A program made the position numbers and the translations under genes. Shown here in pieces: positions 9,832-21,200 of a stretch of DNA of 64,000 bases. This DNA comes from an uncultured bacterium (GTDB taxonomy: Bacteria; Krumholzibacteriota; Krumholzibacteriia; JACNKJ01): positions 3,360,001 to 3,424,000 of the forward strand of contig CAVOFT010000001.1 of assembly GCA_963695095.1 (NCBI GenBank), in the 5' to 3' direction. The first letter of the stretch is position 1. Each line of letters opens with the position of its first letter. The notes below the pieces were generated by a model. The model was not told the origin of the DNA. It was given only the letters and a program-made list of their open reading frames with translations, and did not search any database.

Positions 9832-11376
9832 TCATGCTCGGCGCTCCCCGCCGCGGCGGATGGTGGCGCGCAGGGGAGCGCCGGCGGCGAGCGGCAGGCG
9901 CCAGCGCCGGCTCTGCCCGTCGCCCGGCGCTGGCTCCCCGACCCCGGTCAATTGCAGGTTCCCTGCCAGCTCCAGCTCCAGATCGCCGTCGCCGGCGGCC
10001 TCCAGAGTCCAGGCGCCCTCCGCTTCGCCGGCCAGCGCCAGGCTGGCCAGCGGCCCGCGCAGCGCGCGCAGGCCGCCCGTGCGAAAGGCCAGTTCCAGGT
10101 CCGCGCCGGGCTCCGGCACATGCAGGGCCAGGGCGGGTAGCGCGTCGCCCGTCGCCGGCGCGAAGCGCTCGGCGCGGTAGCGACGGTTGCAGCGGATGGC
10201 GCGGGTCAAGTAGGGAGGGATCTCGTAGTCGCGGAACTCCCCCGCGTTCCCGCCGGCGCCGTCCTCCGCGGCGCGCGCGATGTTGACCATCTCGCGCGCG
10301 TTGACGAAGTGCAAGCGCCAGCGCTCGCCGTCGTTGAACTCCCGGCAGAGCGTCTCGAACATGCGGGCCGCTCCCTCGCCAAGCAGCGCATCGCGGTGGC
10401 GCTCCGGCGCCCCGTGCGTGTGCACCTTGACGAAGATCCACTCCGGTCGGTCGGCCACGTGGATGCCCGTGTTCACCCAGCTGCGCACCCGCGCCGGCGT
10501 GCCCGGTCCCTCGCCGGTGACGTCCGCGTCCTCCACGCTGAAGAAGGGGAAGCGACGGCGCGGTCTGAGCCCGATGGGGCCCGTGATCATCGCGAACTCG
10601 CTCGGCGCGGGCCGGCGGCCGGCGCGCATCAGCGGACCGTCGTCGTAGCTCTTGGGCGCCGCCGGGTCGTCGATGGCGCGGTACAGGGCATTCACGCGCC
10701 GCGGCTGGGCGGCGTAGAGGCTGGGGAAGGTGAAGTCCCCGTAGCAGCCGGTCTCGCGCAGGATCGTCAGCTCGTCGTTGACGCCGCAGTACTCGGGGCG
10801 GCTGTTGTCCAGGGCCCAGTTGCCGTGGATGAAGCCGTAGGCGCGCCGCACGGGATCGCCCTGGCACTGGAAGACGCCGTAGTCGGCGTAGCGCTCCAGG
10901 GTCTCCTCGAGCAGGCTGCGCAGGCTGACGCTGGTGTCGTGGTCGTGGTGCAGGTGCAGTTCCGTCTCGCCGACGCCCTGCCAGTCCATGGCGGCGAGGC
11001 CGAGCAGGTACTCCTCGCGGAAGTAGTGCGGCGGAAAGAAGAAACCGTGCTGGGGATGCCGGCCCTCGGCGTCGGCGAAGCGGCGGGCGAGGGGCGGATA
11101 GAGCTCCGTCCAGGCGGCGAAGCGCTCGCGGGCGCGCTCCAGGGACGCGCCCTTGGTGCCGGGCTCGAAGTGGTCGACGAAGCAGAAGAGCAGATCGCGC
11201 GGGGTCCCCGCGGGCACCGCCGGCGGGCGGCCGCCCAGCTCGAGGCGACGGGCGAGCCAGGGCTCCAGCCAGAGGTCGAAGCGCAGCAGGGCCGCGCGCT
11301 GCGGCGCCAGGAGACCGAAGAGCCCCGCCCCCAGGCGAGCGGCTCCCAGCTGCGGCGCGTGCAGGAGGCGGCTCAC
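9832..11376 (-). CDS. Conserved hypothetical protein, probable metal-dependent deacetylase-like fold
   Basis: C-terminal part of ORF 9832..12732; GTG overlaps the upstream stop (GTGA); VDHFEP, ELHLHHDHD, YGFIHGNWALDNS, CGVNDEL, GCYGDFTFPS, FVKVHTHG. Confidence 0.75.
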   Translation of the reverse strand: MSRLLHAPQLGAARLGAGLFGLLAPQRAALLRFDLWLEPWLARRLELGGRPPAVPAGTPRDLLFCFVDHFEPGTKGASLERARERFAAWTELYPPLARRFADAEGRHPQHGFFFPPHYFREEYLLGLAAMDWQGVGETELHLHHDHDTSVSLRSLLEETLERYADYGVFQCQGDPVRRAYGFIHGNWALDNSRPEYCGVNDELTILRETGCYGDFTFPSLYAAQPRRVNALYRAIDDPAAPKSYDDGPLMRAGRRPAPSEFAMITGPIGLRPRRRFPFFSVEDADVTGEGPGTPARVRSWVNTGIHVADRPEWIFVKVHTHGAPERHRDALLGEGAARMFETLCREFNDGERWRLHFVNAREMVNIARAAEDGAGGNAGEFRDYEIPPYLTRAIRCNRRYRAERFAPATGDALPALALHVPEPGADLELAFRTGGLRALRGPLASLALAGEAEGAWTLEAAGDGDLELELAGNLQLTGVGEPAPGDGQSRRWRLPLAAGAPLRATIRRGGERRA

Positions 11377-12587
11377 GCGCGCCGCCCGTCGCCGGACGCC
11401 GCCGCCAGCGCCGCCTCGACGCGGCGCCAGTTCTCCTGCCAGGTGTGCCGCTCGCCCACGCGCCGCCGCCCCGCCGCGCCCAGGCGCGCGCGCAGGGAGG
11501 CATCGGCCAGCAGGGCGGCCAGCCCGGCCTCGAGGGGCGCCACGGAATCGGCAGCCGCGCGCGCGTCCGCCACGGGAAAGAGCCGACCCTCGACGTCGTC
11601 GTCGATGGCATCGCGCAGGGGCGGCAGCGCGGGCGCCAGCACCGGCCGACCCAGGCTCATGTACTCGAAGACCTTCATCGGCGAGCCGTAGTCGTTGGAA
11701 TCCGGCATGACGCAGATGTCCATCGCCGCGATCCAGGCGGGCAGTTCCCCGTGCGGCAGCGCGCCGGTGAGCAGCGTGCGCTCGGCCAACCCCGCGGCGG
11801 CCACGGCGGCCTCGATGCGCGGCCGCTCGGGACCGTCCCCCACGAGCAGCAGCCCGCCGGGCAGGCCGGCGGCCCGACAGCGCCGCAGGGCCTCGACGAG
11901 GCGATCCACGCCGTGCCAGGGATAGAAGCCGCCCACGAAGCCCACCACGGGCTCCCCGCGCAGCCGCTCCGGCAGGGTCGCGGGCCGCTGCGCAGCCGCC
12001 GCCTCCCACCAGCGGCGGTCCACCGCGTTCGGCATCAGCAGGATGCGCTCCGCGGGCACGCCCTGGGCGGCCACGCGCTCGACGAGACGGCTCGAGACGG
12101 CCGCCAGCAGCGCGGCGCGACGAAAGAGCGACCCCTCGCTGCGCCGCGCGGCGCCGGCCAGCAGCCGGCTTCGCTTGCGCACGAGCGGATCCGCGACCGT
12201 GTAGTTGATCTCGAGCACATGGGCCAGGCTCAGGCGAGCGGCCAGCCGGCCACCCGCGCTGCCGAAGAAGGCATAGCGCTCGTAGATCAGCTCGGGCCGG
12301 AAGTCCGCGGCCAGGGCAGCCAGGCGGCCGGCCAGGCGGAGGTCGTAGGCCTGCTCGGCCAGCTCGAAGAGCAGCTCCGGGGCCCGGCGCGCGAAGCGCG
12401 CGGCCAGGGAGGGCCGCCCGGCGGGCCCCGGGGCCGCGTAGGGATCGGCGCCCGGCGGGCCGAGCAGTTCCACCCGATGGCCGGCATCCCGCATGGCGTC
12501 CACCATGCCCCGCAGGTGGACGGCCTCCACACCGTGGCCCTGCGTGCGGTGCAGGACCAGGATCCGCTTGCCGGCGCTCAGGCTCAT
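11373..12587 (-). CDS. Glycosyltransferase family 4
   Basis: LIYERY, VGFVGGFYPWHGV, LVGDGP, YGSPMKVFEYM. Confidence 0.9.
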   Translation of the reverse strand: MSLSAGKRILVLHRTQGHGVEAVHLRGMVDAMRDAGHRVELLGPPGADPYAAPGPAGRPSLAARFARRAPELLFELAEQAYDLRLAGRLAALAADFRPELIYERYAFFGSAGGRLAARLSLAHVLEINYTVADPLVRKRSRLLAGAARRSEGSLFRRAALLAAVSSRLVERVAAQGVPAERILLMPNAVDRRWWEAAAAQRPATLPERLRGEPVVGFVGGFYPWHGVDRLVEALRRCRAAGLPGGLLLVGDGPERPRIEAAVAAAGLAERTLLTGALPHGELPAWIAAMDICVMPDSNDYGSPMKVFEYMSLGRPVLAPALPPLRDAIDDDVEGRLFPVADARAAADSVAPLEAGLAALLADASLRARLGAAGRRRVGERHTWQENWRRVEAALAAASGDGRRA

Positions 12588-13801
12588 GATCTGGCGCGCC
12601 CCCGCTTCCGCTCGGCGCGCATGGCGGCGATGAGCGCGTGCATTTCGTCGGCCACATCGTCCCAGCGCCGGCGGCCGGCAGTGCCCGCCGCCGGATCGAA
12701 ATCGAAGCCCTCGACCATGCGCAGCATGGCATCGGTGAGCGGCCAGGCCTCGCCCGGCGGCACCAGGATGCCCGTGGCGCCGTCGACGACGATCTCGGGG
12801 ATGCCGCCCACCCGCGAGGCGATCACCGGCCGCTCGGCGGCGAGGGCCTCGACGAGCACGTTGGGATAGCCCTCCATCGTGCTGGGCAGCACGAGGCAGT
12901 CGCAGGCGCCTACCCAGCGCGGGATCTCGGCGTGAGGCACGGGCGGCAGGAGGCTCACCTGCGCGCTCATGCCGAAGCGCTCGATGCGGTTCCTCAGCTC
13001 CGTCTCCAGCTCGCCCTCGCCGATGAAGACCAGTCGCGAGCGGCGGCGCTGCTCCTCGGGCAGGGCGCGAAAGGCCTGGAGCAGAGTGGTGACGCCCTTG
13101 ATCTCCCGCAGGGTGCCGACGAACAGGAAGAGGAAGGGCGCTTCGGGCAGCTTCAGCTCGCGGCGGCAGGCCGCGCGGTCGCGGGGCGCAAAGCGCTCCA
13201 CGTTGACGCCGTTGGGCATCACGGTCACTTCTTCCGGAGGCAGACCGAGCTCGACCATGCGCTCCTTGAGGGCGGCGCTGACGGCCACCACGCGATCGGC
13301 GCCGCGCAGGGTGCCCAGGGTCAGGCGCCGGCGCAGGTAGCTCTCGGTGAACAGATTCACGTCGGAACCCCGCACCTTGACGAGCAGCGGCAGCCGGTAG
13401 CGCCGGGCCAGGCGCAGGGCAGCGTAGCCGTCCGGGAACGCGTAGTGGGCGATGAGGAAATCCACCGGCCGCGCGGCATGGAGGCGCGCGAAGAGCCTGC
13501 TCAGCCCCCAGTACACGTAGTCGCCATAGCAGAAGCGGAGCACGCGCGGAGTGACGAGGTGTCGCGGGTGGTGCACCTCGAGGCCCTCGATGCGCTCCTC
13601 GGCAGGCGCGGCGTGGTAGGCGTAGCGGCCATTGCTGCGCAGGAAGGGCGGCACCCAGGGCAGGGGCGCCAGCACGCGCAGGTCGTAGCCGTGGCGCTCG
13701 CTCAGGCGCTGCGTCTCCTGCCAGACGAACATGCCTCGCGTCGGCTCCGCCGCGCTCGGGAAGAGATTGGTGATGACGATGCCCCGTTGCTGGCTCTCCA
13801 T
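12584..13801 (-). CDS. Glycosyltransferase family 4 (TuaC-like)
   Basis: TNLFP, AHYAFPDG, RGSDVN, PNGV, EGYPNVLVEA, SRVGGIPEIV. Confidence 0.9.
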   Translation of the reverse strand: MESQQRGIVITNLFPSAAEPTRGMFVWQETQRLSERHGYDLRVLAPLPWVPPFLRSNGRYAYHAAPAEERIEGLEVHHPRHLVTPRVLRFCYGDYVYWGLSRLFARLHAARPVDFLIAHYAFPDGYAALRLARRYRLPLLVKVRGSDVNLFTESYLRRRLTLGTLRGADRVVAVSAALKERMVELGLPPEEVTVMPNGVNVERFAPRDRAACRRELKLPEAPFLFLFVGTLREIKGVTTLLQAFRALPEEQRRRSRLVFIGEGELETELRNRIERFGMSAQVSLLPPVPHAEIPRWVGACDCLVLPSTMEGYPNVLVEALAAERPVIASRVGGIPEIVVDGATGILVPPGEAWPLTDAMLRMVEGFDFDPAAGTAGRRRWDDVADEMHALIAAMRAERKRGRARS

Positions 13802-13847
13802 GATCCTCGTTTTCTTGACCTGGTCCGCGCCCCGTCGCCCGGCGCCT

Positions 13848-16089
13848 CTAGATCGCCGCCGGTAGCGCTACGGCGCCGAGGGCGATCCGCTGGGCAGCGG
13901 AACCTTGGCGCTGGATCTCCAGCTCGAGACCGCCCGCGGCGTCCAGGCCCAGACGGCTGGCCAGCGGGCCGCCGGCCGGGTCGGCCAGCAGGCTGAGACA
14001 GAAGCCGGTGGCCGGCCCCTGGCCGGCCAGCCGCCACTGGGGAGCGGGCAGGCGCTCCCCGTAGGCCGGCGATACCCAGCCCGCGGGTGCTTCCTCATCC
14101 CCTATCCGCAGGGCGCTGTCAAGGCCCGCCGGCAGGAAGCTCTGGATCCAGAGTCGCGCCCGCGCGCCCTCCGCCAGGGCCAGGCGCTGGACGGACAGGC
14201 CGGGCAGGGCGCTTTCGGCCGCCGGGCCAGGATCGCTCAGGGGGGCCAGCCCCGGCGCCGCCTGCCAGAGGAGTTCCAGCTCCAGCGGAGCCTGGGCGAT
14301 CCAGCCGTCCAGCACGACGAGCAGATCCGCCGCCAGCAGGGCGACGCGGCGGCTAACGGCCACCGGGCGGCCCTGGGCATCCCGATCGCCCTCGCGGCGG
14401 GCCGTCCAGTCCAGGAGGGCGCCGGGCCAGGGCGTCGGACTCTCCTCCAGGGTCGCCGCGCAGCGCCGCGCCCAGCCGAAGCGGTCCGGCGCGGGCAGGG
14501 GCGCGGCCGGGTCGCGCCCCCCCACGCGGAGCAGGTTGTGGGCGGCAGCGCCGCGGAAGTGATCGCGCCAGCGCTGGGGGCCGTTGTAGAGGTAGGTGCC
14601 GGCCTCGACGAGCAGGGGCCGGCCGCCGAAGGCGAGGCAGAGGGAGAGGGCGTCGGCGTGGCTGTGGCCCGCTCCGCCCCTGCCCATGGGTCCGGCCTTC
14701 AGCACGAGCTGGCCGCCGGGCAGCCCCGCGGGGCCGGCGGGCTCGCCCCAGCGCGCGCTGTGCCAGCCCGCGGTGGGGAAGCGCAGCAGGGAGAGGGAGT
14801 GCTCCTCGCTGCCGTTGGCGGCCGCGCCGCTGGAACGCCCGCGGCCGGCGGCGGATCCCGCCGCGAGGGCCGGCCCCGCCAGCCAGAGCGCCTCGCCGGC
14901 GAGGGGTAGACTGCGCGCCAGCGGGGCCACCTCCGGCCCCAGGGCCTCGGTGCCGATCAGGCGCCCCGCCAGGGCGAGCAGCCCGCGGGCATCCCGGCGG
15001 GGGCTCTCCTCGAGGCGCAGGACGCGGCCGGCATCGTCGTCGCCCAGCGAGACGAGGAGGCCGTCCGGCCCGGTCAGCGCGGCCAGGGGTCGAAGCATCG
15101 CGGCCAGGGGCGGCAGCCAATCCTCCGCCGCCGGATCCCCGCCCGCCCGGCCCCAGAGCAGGCACTGGAGCAGGAAGTCGAGCACGAAGCGGTGGTACTC
15201 GACGGCCTGCTCGGCGAGCACGCCGTCGCTCAGAAGCTGCAGGGGCAGCTCGCGGATGAGGATGGCCCTGCCGCGCGCGCTCCAGTCCGCGGACTCGGGA
15301 AAGATGGGCAGGGCGGCGCCCAGGCAGTAGAGGGCAGCCGCCTCGCCGAGCAGGTGGTTGTTGGCGATGGCCTTCTCGGACAGGTGCGCGGCGGTGAAGC
15401 GTCCATTCTCGCGCAGCGCCGCGGCGAGCAGCAGGGTGGCCGGATCGCTCAGGGCCGCCGGCGGCAGGAGCTGCCAGGTCCACAGGAGCGAGAAGATGCG
15501 CAGTCCGCTCTCCAGCCCGGCGATCCAGTGCGGCCCCCAGCCCAGGGGATTCGCGGCGCGGAAGTCGGCGGCAAGCTCGAGGGCAGCCTCGCCGTAGCGC
15601 GCAGCGCCGCGCGGGTCGGCGGGCGATGCCAGGCGCGCGGCGGCCGCCAGGAGGGGCAGACTCTGCAGGCGCCCCAGTTCCCAGAGGCCGCGCACGTCGC
15701 CGTGGGCGATGAAGTCCCTCGGCTCGTAGGCCGCGGCCGGGAGCAGGGGCCAGCGCTCGCCGTCGGGCACCTGCAGCCAGTCCAGCGGCAGGGCGGCATC
15801 CAGGCTGCGGTCGAAGTAGGGCAGACGGCCGGCCAGGATGCCGGCGGCCAGGTCGAGCAGGCCGCGGTCGGCGGCGGGCGAAGCCGCCAGGGCGGCCAGA
15901 GCGCCCTCATCGTGAAGGGGGCGAAAGGCCTCGCGCAGGCGGGCGGCATCCGGCCGGCCCTTGCGCAGGTAGGCGGGCAGGAGGGCGCCGCCGGCGAGGG
16001 CCGCCGCCGGCGAGGGCACATCGGGCCGGCGCGCCAGGCGCCCCTGCAGGCGGCGGGCGGCGCGGCGCAGGCGGCCGATCTCCGCGCAT
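13848..16089 (-). CDS. Heparinase II/III-like polysaccharide lyase family protein
   Basis: WELGRLQ, NPLGWGPHW, NNHLLGE, EQAVEYH, GHSHADALS, GTYLY, FRG..AHN; open frame 13848..16019, with ATG at 16089 needing a one-base shift. Confidence 0.8.
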
Positions 16090-17267
16090 CAGGCCTCCAC
16101 GGCGAAGGGCTCGGGCAGGTTCTCCCCGTGGAAGCGGTGGGCCAGACGCTGCACGATGCGGCGGGCGGCCTGGCCGTCCCCGTAGGGGTTCACCGCGCCC
16201 GCCATCTCGGCGTGGGCGGCCGGGTCGTCGAGGAGGCGGCTCAGCTCCAGCCGAATGCGCTCGGGGTCCGTGCCGACCAGGCGCACGGCGCCGGCCTCCA
16301 CGGCCTCGGGCCGCTCGGTGACCTCGCGCATCACGAGCACCGGCACGCCGAGGCTGGGCGCCTCCTCCTGCACGCCGCCGCTGTCGGTGATGATCACATG
16401 GGCCCGCTTCATCAGGTGCACGAAGGGCGCGTAGTCCAGCGGCTCGCAAAGGACCACGTTGGCGAGGCCGCCCAGGATGCGCGCGGCCGGTTCCTTCACG
16501 TTCGGGTTCGGATGCACCGGGTAGACGAGCAGGCAATCCGGATGGCTGTCGGCGATCGCCGCCAGCGCGGCAAAGGCGCGCTCGAGCGGAGCGCCGAAGG
16601 ACTCGCGGCGATGGGCCGTCATCAGCAGCAGGCGCCGGCCCGTCAAGTCGGGCAGCGCGGGCAGGCCGGGCGGCGCCTCCGGGCGCGCGGCCACGGTGAG
16701 CAGGGCGTCGATCACCGTGTTGCCGGTGACGAGGATGTCGTTGCCGTCCACGCCCTCGCTGCGCAGGTTCCAGGCCGCCTTGTGCGTGGGCGCGAAGTGC
16801 AGGTCGGTGAGCACGCCGGCGAGATGGCGGTTCATCTCCTCGGGGAAGGGGCTGTAGCGGCGGCCCGTGCGCAGGCCCGCCTCGACGTGGCCGACGGGGA
16901 TCTTGAGATAGTAGGCGGCCAGGGCGCCGATGAAGGTGGTGGTCGTGTCGCCGTGGACGAGCACCATGTCGGGGGTCAGCTCGCTGAAGGTCCGCTCCAG
17001 GCCGCGCAGCGCGCGCTCGGTGACGTCGAAGAGGCTCTGGCCCGCCTGCATGATGTCCAGGTCGCGGTCCGGCTGGATGTCGAAGAGACGGAAGACCTGA
17101 TCGAGCAGCTCCCGGTGCTGAGCCGTGGCCACGACGAGGGGCCGCCAGCGGGCCGGCGCGGCGCGCAGCTCGCGGATCACGGGGGCCATCTTGATGGCCT
17201 CGGGGCGGGTGCCGACCACGACCGCGATGGCGGTGGGGCGATTGTTCGAGCTCGTGCTGGGGGTCAT
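16089..17267 (-). CDS. wecB: UDP-N-acetylglucosamine 2-epimerase (non-hydrolysing)
   Basis: GTRPEAIKMAP, VHGDTTT, HVEAGLRT, PFPEEMNR, TAHRRE, TDSGGVQEEAP, NPYGDG; start could be 17279. Confidence 0.95.
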   Translation of the reverse strand: MTPSTSSNNRPTAIAVVVGTRPEAIKMAPVIRELRAAPARWRPLVVATAQHRELLDQVFRLFDIQPDRDLDIMQAGQSLFDVTERALRGLERTFSELTPDMVLVHGDTTTTFIGALAAYYLKIPVGHVEAGLRTGRRYSPFPEEMNRHLAGVLTDLHFAPTHKAAWNLRSEGVDGNDILVTGNTVIDALLTVAARPEAPPGLPALPDLTGRRLLLMTAHRRESFGAPLERAFAALAAIADSHPDCLLVYPVHPNPNVKEPAARILGGLANVVLCEPLDYAPFVHLMKRAHVIITDSGGVQEEAPSLGVPVLVMREVTERPEAVEAGAVRLVGTDPERIRLELSRLLDDPAAHAEMAGAVNPYGDGQAARRIVQRLAHRFHGENLPEPFAVEA

Positions 17268-17406
17268 GCGCAGTCTCATCTCCGGGCAAATCCTGAAACC
17301 TATAGCAACATTGCCCGGCCGCCGCCATGAAAATGGCATGATATCGCTTGGGGCGGGCGCGAGCCTGGTCTAGGCTGCGCGCGCGACTCGCTTCCAGGAG
17401 CGCGCC

Positions 17407-18297
17407 TTGAAGACTCCGATCCAGAGGGTGAGCAGCATCTACCACGAGGCGCTGGCCAGCCTGCGCTCGTGGCGGAACTGGTTTCCTCTCTTGATCTTCT
17501 GGCTGGCGCAGGGAATCGCGCTCGGGATCCTGGTCGCGCTCATCGCCCGGCCCGGCGGCGGCTGGCTGCGCTGGCTGCTGCACGCCCTGTCCGGCCCCGA
17601 GGCCACGGACTACCCGCGCTTCTTTCTCGTCCTGCCGGACCTCCACCGGCGCCTCTACCTGGTTCTGGCCGCCAGCCTGGGCGTCTATCTGCAGGGCGTG
17701 AGCCTTCTGCAACTGCTGAACTGGCATACCAGGGGAAAGCTGCGGCGCGAGACGCCCTGGCGCCGCGCCTTCGCCCGCTGGCCGGGGCTCATCCTGATCA
17801 ACCTGGTGCTGCTGGCGTGCTTTCTGCTGCCCCTGGCGGCGGTGGAGCGGGTGCTGCTGCCCCTGTTCGGCGACCAGGTGCCCGATCGCCTGTCCCTGCT
17901 GGCCGCCTACGCTTTCGGCTTCGTGGCTGCCATCGCCCTGCTCTACGCGCCCTTCCTCTACGTGGCCTTCAGCAGCGGCTGGTGGGCGGCCATCCGCGGC
18001 AGCTTCCGCTTCGCATGGAAGCACGCCAGCGTCAGCCTGGTCCTCGTGCTCGTGCCCTTCCTGCTCGCCTTGCCCATCCACGGGCTGATGCTCCTGCGCC
18101 GCACCATCGTCATGGACTTCCGGCCCGAGCTGATGCTGCACCTGCTGCTCTTCGGGAGCTTCTTCACCTTGCTCCTGCTCTTCGTGGAGCTGTCCACCCT
18201 CGTGCGCTACTACGCCGAGGAGGAGCTGCGCCGGCCCTACCAGGGCGAGTGGGACGACAAGCCCGAGATCACGCGCGCCTACACGGACGCCGGCTAG
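17407..18297 (+). CDS. Hypothetical integral membrane protein
   Basis: 296 aa, about 6 hydrophobic segments, TTG start preceded by aggag, GC-rich third codon positions. Confidence 0.75.
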   Translation: MKTPIQRVSSIYHEALASLRSWRNWFPLLIFWLAQGIALGILVALIARPGGGWLRWLLHALSGPEATDYPRFFLVLPDLHRRLYLVLAASLGVYLQGVSLLQLLNWHTRGKLRRETPWRRAFARWPGLILINLVLLACFLLPLAAVERVLLPLFGDQVPDRLSLLAAYAFGFVAAIALLYAPFLYVAFSSGWWAAIRGSFRFAWKHASVSLVLVLVPFLLALPIHGLMLLRRTIVMDFRPELMLHLLLFGSFFTLLLLFVELSTLVRYYAEEELRRPYQGEWDDKPEITRAYTDAG

Positions 18298-21200
18298 CGC
18301 AGCAGCACCAGCTTCTGGCTCTCGTTCACGCCCGCCGCCTGCAGGCGGATGAAGTAGACGCCCGAGCCGGCAGCGCGGCCCGCCTCGTCGCGGCCGTCCC
18401 AGACCAAGGCATGCGGGCCCGCCGCCTGCTCGGCGTCCAGCAGCCGGCGCACTTCGCCGCCCCGCCACGTCGTAGACGCCCAGGCGCGCCCGACCCGCCG
18501 CGCCCAGCGTGAAGGGCACCGTCACGCTCGGGATTGAAGGGATTCGGGTGCGCGGCGAGCAGCGCCGTGCGCAGGGCGAGGCCCGCGACCGCGAGCTGCT
18601 CGTCGCGCAGGGGCTGCCAGTCCTCGCCGGGCAGGCGGCCCCAGAGCCGGTAGCGCACCGAGCCCGCGCTCGCCAAGGCCGCGGCGTGGTCTTCGGCGGC
18701 GTACTGGCCCGGCGCCGTCTCCTGCCAGGGCACCAGCCAGGAGAGGCCGTCCCGCTCGCCCTCGAGGCGGAACTCCGCGTCGCCGCCGCCCAGGTAGCTC
18801 CAGCGGATGCGGGCGGCGCCGCCCAGGTCCTCGAGGCTGAAGTCGGCGAGCGCGACCGGCATTGCGATCGTGCAGCTGCAGCCGCCGGGCAGGGACCCCG
18901 TGCAGTTGAAGGTGAAATGGCCCGGCTCGCACCAGTACTCGACGTAGTCGGTGCCCACCAGCACGAGGTTGCCGCTGTCCAGGCTCTCGCGCATGGTGAT
19001 GCGGTGGTCCACGCCGATCCAGCTCTCCTGGATCTCGAAGAAGTCGATGGTGCCGAGCAGGGCGATCGGCCCGGGCAGCGGCGGGTTGAAGGCCAGGGCG
19101 ATGCCGTGGCCGGCCTCGCCGATCACGAGCGGGGTGTGCCAGTTGTAGGTGATGATGCCGCCGCTGCCCGCTTCCGGCAGGTTGGCGATGCTGAACTCGG
19201 CGGCCGTGATCCCCGCGAAGTACTCCGGCAGGATCGCGAAGACGTAGACCGTAGCGGTCTGGAAGGGGAGCTGGTTCAGCTCGCAGAGGACCGCGTTCTC
19301 CTCGCCGTAGAGCCCGAGCAAGGGCGTGCCCCCGCCACCGCCCGTTCCCGTGCCGTAACAGGAGATCGACGGGCAATCGGCCAGGCCCGTCGTGATCAGG
19401 GCCGAGAAGACGCCCATGCCGCCGGGGTGGAAGCTGGCCCGCGCATTCAGGGTCTCGCCGGGATCGAGGAGGAAGGGGCCCGCGCCCAGGCTCAGCGAGA
19501 AGTACTGCCCGCTGATCTGGAGGTTGCCGGCCAGAGGCCCGTAGCCGATGTTCGTGATGCTGAAGTCGCGGTGGGCGGTGTTGCCGTAATGGACCAGGCC
19601 GAAGATCAGCTCGGTAGCGGAAAGCTGGCAGGCGCCGGCCTCGAAGTCCAGGCAGTCACAGAGCCCGGGATCCAGGCAGTTGAGCGTGCAGCGGCCCCCG
19701 CCCACATCCCAGCTCAGCCCGTCAGCGTCGTCCACGCGCAGCTGGTCGCCGTCCAGGGAGCGCTCCACGCGCAGGACGAGGTTGTCGGGCAGGCTGACGA
19801 GGGGATAGACCGTCAGCCACCCCAGCGCGACGAGTTCGCCCGGCTGCGGGGCTGCGAAGTCGAAGCGGATGCCCGTGGCGATGTCGCCGCTCGCAGGCGG
19901 CGTGAACCACAGCGCGTCGACTTCGGCCAGTCCGGCGAGCGCCTCGAGCCCGGCGACGCGGAACTCCGCACCCGTGATGCCGGGTTCGGCGAAGCTCGGC
20001 ACCTTGGCCAGCACGAAGAGCGTGTCGGCCGTGCCGATCGGGAAGTCGCCCGCGCAGAGAGTGCCCGCCTCGTCCAGAAAGAGGCCGATATGATCGCCGG
20101 CAGGCACCGGATTGCGGGCGAAGCCGCGCAGGGGGACGATCGCGCAGGAGGAGGCGCCCAGGTCGACCTCGGCGGCATGGGGGCCATAGCCGGCGGGATC
20201 GTAGCGCAGCGTCACCTGCCGTCCCTGTCCGGGCTGCAGCGTGAAGGCGCCGCCGCCGGTGAGCAGGTGGAAGTGCTCGCTGTCCAGGGTGACATCGCCG
20301 ACCAGGGGGCCGTCGCCGGTGTTCGCGATGTTGAAGCTCGCGTTGGCGTAGGTGCCCAGGATCAGCTCGCCGAAGTCGAGGCTGTCCGGTTCGATCAGGC
20401 AGATCGGCGCCGGCTCATGGGCCTGCCCGTTCAGGGGCAGCTCGCCGCAGGTGGCATTGCCCGTCTCCACGACGGCGGGGTGAGGGCCGAAATCCAGGGG
20501 CGTGTAGCGCACCGTGAAGGCCCGGGTCGCGCCCGGCGCCAGGCTGTAGGCTCCCCCACCCTGAGTGACGCTGTAGTTCGGGTCGCTCACGCTGATCGCG
20601 CCTTCGAGCAGGCCATCCCCCGTGTTGCGCAGCTCGGCCGGCAGCTCGGCGCTCGTGCCGAGGGCGATGTCGCCGAAGTCGAGCGCGGCCGGATCGAGCG
20701 TGCAGCCATAGCACCGGCTCATGGGCCGCGCCCGTGCAGGGCACGGCCTCGCAGTACTCGCTGCCCAGGTCGACGGCGCACTCGTAGGCCCCCGGCGCGC
20801 TGGGCGCGAAGCGCAGGGTCACCGTGCGCGTCTGGTTGGCGGCCAGAGAGTAGGCGCCTGCCCCCGCGATGAGGGAGAAGTGCGGGCAATCCTCGCTGAC
20901 GACTCCCGTCAGCTCGCCCACGCCGATGTTGCGGATGACGAAGCTCAGGTCCTGCGTGGCGCCCACCGCGAGGTCGCCGAACTCGAGGCTCGCGGGCGTC
21001 ACCTGGCAGTGGGGCTCCGGCGCATAGCCGGTGCCGCTGCAGATCAGCTCCGGGCAGTAGGTGTTGCCCAGCTCGATGGCACAGGTCTTCGGACCGCTGC
21101 TCTCGGGGGCGAAACGGACGTAGACCGCACGCCCATCGCCCGCGGCCAGGCTGAAGGGTCCGGCGCCGGCGGTGATGGAGAAGTCCGGACAGTCCTCGCC

